Assembly (NCBI GenBank): GCA_030632085.1
Contig: DAOVJY010000001.1
Span: 335,402 to 399,401, forward strand
Reading direction: 5' to 3'
DNA from: Candidatus Omnitrophota bacterium
GTDB lineage: Bacteria > Omnitrophota > Gorgyraeia > JAGLLT01
DNA length: 64,000 nt
The notes below the pieces were generated by a model. The model made no database searches. It had not been told where the DNA came from and saw nothing but the letters and a program-made list of their open reading frames with translations. Positions 61,036-64,000 of this stretch are shown here, piece after piece (positions within the stretch are counted from its first letter, which is position 1; each line of letters opens with the position of its first letter). The position numbers and the translations under genes were made by a program.

Positions 61036-62232
61036 CTAGCCTTTCAAACCCTGCATCTTAATTCCCTCAACAAAGAATCTCTGGGTGAAGACAAACATTA
61101 TAACCAAGGGGATTATAGCCATAAAAGCACCTGCCATTAAAAGTTCATACTGGGTGCCGAAACCTGTATCCTGAAAATATGCTAAACCTACAGGCAGGGT
61201 TTTCATACTGACACTGTTAGTTACAATTAAAGGCCACATAAAACTCATCCAAGAGCCTAAAAGAGTAAAAACAGTCAGGGTCGCCAACGCGGGCTTACTT
61301 AAAGGAAGGATTATATTCCAGAAAATTCTTAAAAAATTGCAGCCATCTATTTTAGCGGCATCCTCTAAATCGACTGGAATTGTCATAAAAAACTGCCTCA
61401 ACATAAATGTACCATACGCGCTAAACATACCGGGTATAATAAGGGCCCTAAAGGTATCAACCCAGTTGAGCCAGTTCATAAGAATATAGACAGGTACCAA
61501 AACTACAGCATAAGGAATCATCATAGTTGCCAGATATCCTAAAAACAGCTTATCCCTGCCTGGAAAATTAAGCCTGGAGAATGAATAAGCCGCCATAGCA
61601 CTGGTCAGAACTTGACCAAAGGTAATAAGCACTGATACAATAAAGCTGTTCCAGTAGAAACGCAAAAAGGGCATAACCTCTATGACCTTGCTATAATTTT
61701 TCCATACCGGCCTAACGCCTTTAAACACTTTATCAACTGAAACTTCTTTAGTTCTAAAATTAGTAACACCGTCTTTAACAAATAAGATATCAAGCGTAGC
61801 CACACCACTTAAGATTTCAACTTCATCCCAGCGGGGAAACTTCTTATTCTTTGAAGTGTTAACTAAATTAACTTTATCCCAGGGAGTCCACCAGCGACGC
61901 CATTCGACATCTATGTTTCCCTTGGGTACGGTACTTTTAGTACCTTTTAAAGCACCGCTTATATACTTAATTTCGTACACTTCATTAATAACATTAACTT
62001 CTACTTTATTACCATCTTCAATAATATAATTATAATCCGGAATCCACTTAGGCGGATAAACAAATACATCAGCCGGATTCTTAAGCGATGTTGAAATCAT
62101 CCAGAGAAGAGGCACTATCATAAAACAGGCAACCAAGGTCAACAATATATAATAACCCACACTAACCTTTTCGCCGGGCTTTTTTCTGTTTAATACCTTT
62201 ATTTTACTGAGGTCTACTTTATTATCACTCAT
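61036..62232 (-). CDS. Carbohydrate ABC transporter permease (MalG-like) with an ~120-aa periplasmic loop insertion
   Basis: EAA loop KIDGCNFLRIFWNIILPLSKPAL; the extra hydrophilic segment after TM1 lengthens it to 398 aa. Confidence 0.75.
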   Translation of the reverse strand: MSDNKVDLSKIKVLNRKKPGEKVSVGYYILLTLVACFMIVPLLWMISTSLKNPADVFVYPPKWIPDYNYIIEDGNKVEVNVINEVYEIKYISGALKGTKSTVPKGNIDVEWRRWWTPWDKVNLVNTSKNKKFPRWDEVEILSGVATLDILFVKDGVTNFRTKEVSVDKVFKGVRPVWKNYSKVIEVMPFLRFYWNSFIVSVLITFGQVLTSAMAAYSFSRLNFPGRDKLFLGYLATMMIPYAVVLVPVYILMNWLNWVDTFRALIIPGMFSAYGTFMLRQFFMTIPVDLEDAAKIDGCNFLRIFWNIILPLSKPALATLTVFTLLGSWMSFMWPLIVTNSVSMKTLPVGLAYFQDTGFGTQYELLMAGAFMAIIPLVIMFVFTQRFFVEGIKMQGLKG

Positions 62233-62248
62233 TTATAACACCTGTATT

Positions 62249-63211
62249 TTAAGTATAATGGACTAACTTCCCGCCATATCTCCAGTTTATTAATGTAGCT
62301 CCAAATATTAGCACAAACATAAACCAGGCTAAACAGCAAGCATATCCAAAGTTATGCCATGTAAAGAAATTGTCGAATATGTAATACATTAAAGTCGTAC
62401 TGGCGCCATGAGGGCCACCCTTGGCAAAAATATAAGCGAACATAAAACCACCCTGAAAACCACCGATAACACTCATAACCGCGATAAAAAAAGTTGTTGG
62501 TGAAATCATGGGCCAGGTTACCGCCCAGAATTTCTGGAGATTGCTCGCTCCATCTATATCCGCGGCCTCATAAAGCTCTTTAGGTATGTTCTGCAAGGCG
62601 GCTAAATATAAAATCATATTAGTGCCGCCGAGATATGTCCAGGTACTGGCTATAATCATTGATGGCTTAATCCACTCAGCGCTCAACCAGTGTACACCTT
62701 CTAAGTTAAGATTAAATAGATCACCTAAATTTCGTATGAAGGTATTTATGATACCGTAATCATAATTATAAATCCAAAGCCACAAAAGAGCAACGGCAAC
62801 CGTCTGACACATAGTCGGCAGGAAAAAAATAGTCCTAAAAACAACAATTCCTTTTTGCTTTTTATTTAGAAGTATAGCTAAAATTAACGCGCCTGCCATG
62901 GCGAAAGGAATACCTACCATTAAAAATATAGTATTCCAGAGATACTTCCAGAATAGGGGATCATTGGCAATAATAGCCCCAGCCTCTCTATGAAAACCTA
63001 AAAGCTCTATAAAATTCTCCAAGCCCACAAAGCTTACATTGGGAGGCCAACTCAAAGATAAACCTTGATATTCAAAAAAACTCAATAAAAGGGATGTAAA
63101 TACGGGGAGTAGAGTAAATACTAAAAAACCTATGAGGTTAGGTAAGAGAAATAAATACGCGAATAAAACCTCAATCTTTTTTTTATTTGTATGTGGTTTT
63201 TTTTGTTTCAT
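62249..63211 (-). CDS. Carbohydrate ABC transporter permease (MalF-like)
   Basis: EAADIDGASNLQKFWAVTWPMISP. Confidence 0.8.
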   Translation of the reverse strand: MKQKKPHTNKKKIEVLFAYLFLLPNLIGFLVFTLLPVFTSLLLSFFEYQGLSLSWPPNVSFVGLENFIELLGFHREAGAIIANDPLFWKYLWNTIFLMVGIPFAMAGALILAILLNKKQKGIVVFRTIFFLPTMCQTVAVALLWLWIYNYDYGIINTFIRNLGDLFNLNLEGVHWLSAEWIKPSMIIASTWTYLGGTNMILYLAALQNIPKELYEAADIDGASNLQKFWAVTWPMISPTTFFIAVMSVIGGFQGGFMFAYIFAKGGPHGASTTLMYYIFDNFFTWHNFGYACCLAWFMFVLIFGATLINWRYGGKLVHYT

Positions 63212-63254
63212 AGCTTTCTGATAGTATTATAAAATAAATAATGAACTTATACAA

Positions 63255-63285
63255 GAATAAAAAAGCGCCTCAAAAAATGAGGCGC
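63255..63285 (-). terminator. Rho-independent terminator after rplQ (GCGCCTCA-UUUUU-UGAGGCGC then U-tract)
   Basis: perfect 8-bp GC stem and T-tract read directly. Confidence 0.8.
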
Positions 63286-63297
63286 TTTTAGGTAGAA

Positions 63298-63903
63298 TTA
63301 TTCCTTATTTCCTTTTTTTAGATAGCTTCTTAAATTCTTTAAAAAGCCTTTATCTTTCTGCTCGGCATCCTTTTTAGTTGCCTTTGGAGCAGCTTTTTTA
63401 GTCTTTTTAGAAACCGTTCCCTTTGCTTCCGGTTTCCGCGTTGTCTTCTTTTCTTCTTTGACGGACTTTACCGCTTCTTCTTTAACATTAGAAGCTTTTT
63501 CCTTGATTTTCTTAGCTGCAGCTTTTTTAGTTTTAGTTTTTTTCGGTTTTAGATCCACCAGGCTTAAAATAGCCATTTTAGCGCCATCGCCCGGCCTTGT
63601 ATCCAAACGCGTGATACGGGTATAACCACCTGTTCTATTCTTAAATCTGGGACCAATTTCTTTAAAGAGCAAAGAAGTCAGCTTATGATCCTGAAGCACC
63701 TTATAAACAGCTCTTTTATTAGCAAGGCTATCTTCCTTCATAAGAGTAATGATTTTCTCCGCTACCTTTCGCGTTTCTTTAGCTTTAATAATAGTTGTGG
63801 TTATGGTTTCATTAATCAGCAAATTTCTGACCATGTTGTTTAACATGGCTTTTCGATGAGCTGTTGTTCTTCCGAGTTTTCTTTTATTTTTTTTATGCCT
63901 CAT
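63298..63903 (-). CDS. rplQ: Ribosomal protein L17 with ~85-aa Lys/Ala-rich C-terminal extension
   Basis: MRHKKNKRKLGRTTAHRKAMLNNM...GGYTRITRL; tail KPKKTKTKKAAAKK... Confidence 0.9.
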   Translation of the reverse strand: MRHKKNKRKLGRTTAHRKAMLNNMVRNLLINETITTTIIKAKETRKVAEKIITLMKEDSLANKRAVYKVLQDHKLTSLLFKEIGPRFKNRTGGYTRITRLDTRPGDGAKMAILSLVDLKPKKTKTKKAAAKKIKEKASNVKEEAVKSVKEEKKTTRKPEAKGTVSKKTKKAAPKATKKDAEQKDKGFLKNLRSYLKKGNKE

Positions 63904-63920
63904 TATTATTCATCCTGATC

Positions 63921-64000
63921 TTATTTATTTTCCTTTAACATTTCTTCAACTTTCATGCCGAAGTAAAGACCCATAGTGTCAAGTATTTCTTTAATTTCCG
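63921..64000 (-). CDS. rpoA: 3' end of RNA polymerase alpha subunit gene (partial, runs off the window)
   Basis: C-terminal ...EIKEILDTMGLYFGMKVEEMLKENK*; conserved rpoA-rplQ order. Confidence 0.45.
   Translation of the reverse strand, partial: EIKEILDTMGLYFGMKVEEMLKENK

Noticed and set aside
1-64000. CRISPR arrays, rRNA, tmRNA, RNase P RNA
   Set aside because: No regularly spaced direct repeats, and no intergenic space larger than ~370 nt that could hold a structured RNA. Intergenic segments were inspected individually.

Overview
This is an AT-rich (about one-third GC) window from a Gram-negative-type bacterium, probably an uncultivated anaerobic lineage (it has a waaA Kdo transferase, a prepilin peptidase and a 2-oxoacid:ferredoxin oxidoreductase). 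It is gene-dense and almost all genes are on the minus strand. Most of the window is conserved housekeeping, including gltX-glnS with tRNA-Gln and tRNA-Leu, a four-subunit 2-oxoacid:ferredoxin oxidoreductase, nadK, dxs, xseAB, rny, waaA, xerC/D, topA, dprA, the aroK/aroC/aroE shikimate genes, ilvBNC-leuA, alr, tsaBE, thiL, metG, holB, tmk and rpoA(partial)-rplQ. Two accessory regions stand out. (1) Positions 1-3330 hold a small island on the 3' side of tRNA-Glu(CUC). It carries an MqsR-like toxin gene, an MqsA-like zinc-ribbon/HTH antitoxin fused to a Panacea (DUF4065) domain, a 69-aa ORF and a DUF2971 protein, capped by a REP-like element. This is the best candidate for an undescribed toxin-antitoxin/defence-type system. 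(2) Positions 37880-52432 form a variable cell-surface and mobile-element region. It holds a 1118-aa secreted glycosidase-like/TPR protein, a coiled-coil protein, a CarbopepD_reg-repeat protein, two membrane proteins with a duplicated ~84-bp 5' region, a REPtron (a RAYT Y1 transposase flanked by inverted REPs, plus a RAYT remnant), a frameshifted IS481-family transposase, and a 1445-aa Sec-signal RHS/YD polymorphic toxin. The RHS protein has an unrecognisable acidic, Trp-rich, glycine-zipper C-terminal tip and no evident immunity gene. No CRISPR array or rRNA is present. All calls rest on motif and domain recognition by eye; no searches were run.
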